A stretch of DNA of 64,000 nucleotides from a virus. Below are positions 63,739 to 64,000 of the stretch, in pieces. Each line of letters opens with the position of its first letter. Within the stretch, counting starts at the first letter, position 1. The notes below the pieces were generated by a model. The model did not search any database and was not told where the DNA came from. It was given only the letters and a program-made list of their open reading frames with translations. A program made the translations under genes and the position numbers. The DNA lies in the IMG/VR virus record IMGVR_UViG_3300046011_002684, positions 26,208 through 90,207 of that record. One strand, 5' to 3'.

Positions 63739-64000
63739 TGTAAAATATCCTTTGTGGGTTTCCAACCGAGTTTAGTTAGATATTCAATATCAGCAACTGT
63801 GACTTTTCGTTCATTTGGGGTTGGATCATAACGAATCTCACCTTCAAACCCAAACTTCTGAGCAAGAGATAGAACAGGGATTGCCCACCCGGTACCGATG
63901 TCCACCACAGGATCAATCTTACTATAATTTTTCATGATTGTAAATATCGCAGAGCATAAATCATTTACGTGGATGAAGTCTCTATAATGTTCGGCGTTAA
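63735..64000 (-). CDS. NAD-dependent epimerase/dehydratase (C-terminal part; 5' end outside window)
   Basis: Frame open to the window edge: RDFIHVNDL...DIGTG...AD...L..LGW.P. Confidence 0.8.
   Translation of the reverse strand, partial: NAEHYRDFIHVNDLCSAIFTIMKNYSKIDPVVDIGTGWAIPVLSLAQKFGFEGEIRYDPTPNERKVTVADIEYLTKLGWKPTKDILQ

Noticed and set aside
1-64000. Stop-codon reassignment
   Set aside because: Core genes are full length under the standard code, and TAA, TAG and TGA all terminate genes

Overview
This 64 kb window is part of a T4-like (myovirus-type) dsDNA phage genome. Essentially all real genes are on the minus strand. The host is most likely an alphaproteobacterium, inferred from a permuted two-piece tmRNA, a DUF1127 gene and a ROSE-type RNA thermometer. 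Core content: the replisome (gp47, gp46, gp45, gp44, gp62, regA, gp43, an AEP-type primase, uvsX, gp41, rnh, dexA), nucleotide metabolism (nrdA/nrdB, thyX, dCMP deaminase, dNMP kinase, a MazG-like pyrophosphatase), phoH, pstS, hsp20 and spanins. About 13 sigma70-like early promoters (typically GGGG-TTTACA-N17-TATAAT/TATATT) and several T4 late promoters (TATAAATA) are visible. The most unusual parts: (1) a late operon (~16-26 kb) whose proteins carry T4 internal-protein-like capsid-targeting N-termini, including cassette-built polyproteins with protease-like LDE linkers, an RNA-ligase-like protein, a nucleotidyltransferase and a PD-(D/E)xK nuclease; (2) a late cluster (32.6-36.7 kb) of signal-peptide proteins resembling a pilin, a chaperone and pore subunits; (3) a cytosine-type thymidylate synthase homolog coupled to an asparagine-synthase amidotransferase and a TagD-like cytidylyltransferase, suggesting an uncharacterised DNA modification; (4) host-type regulatory elements (NrdR boxes, ROSE thermometer, RBS-sequestering hairpins). 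All product calls come from recognising motifs by eye. No database searches were run.
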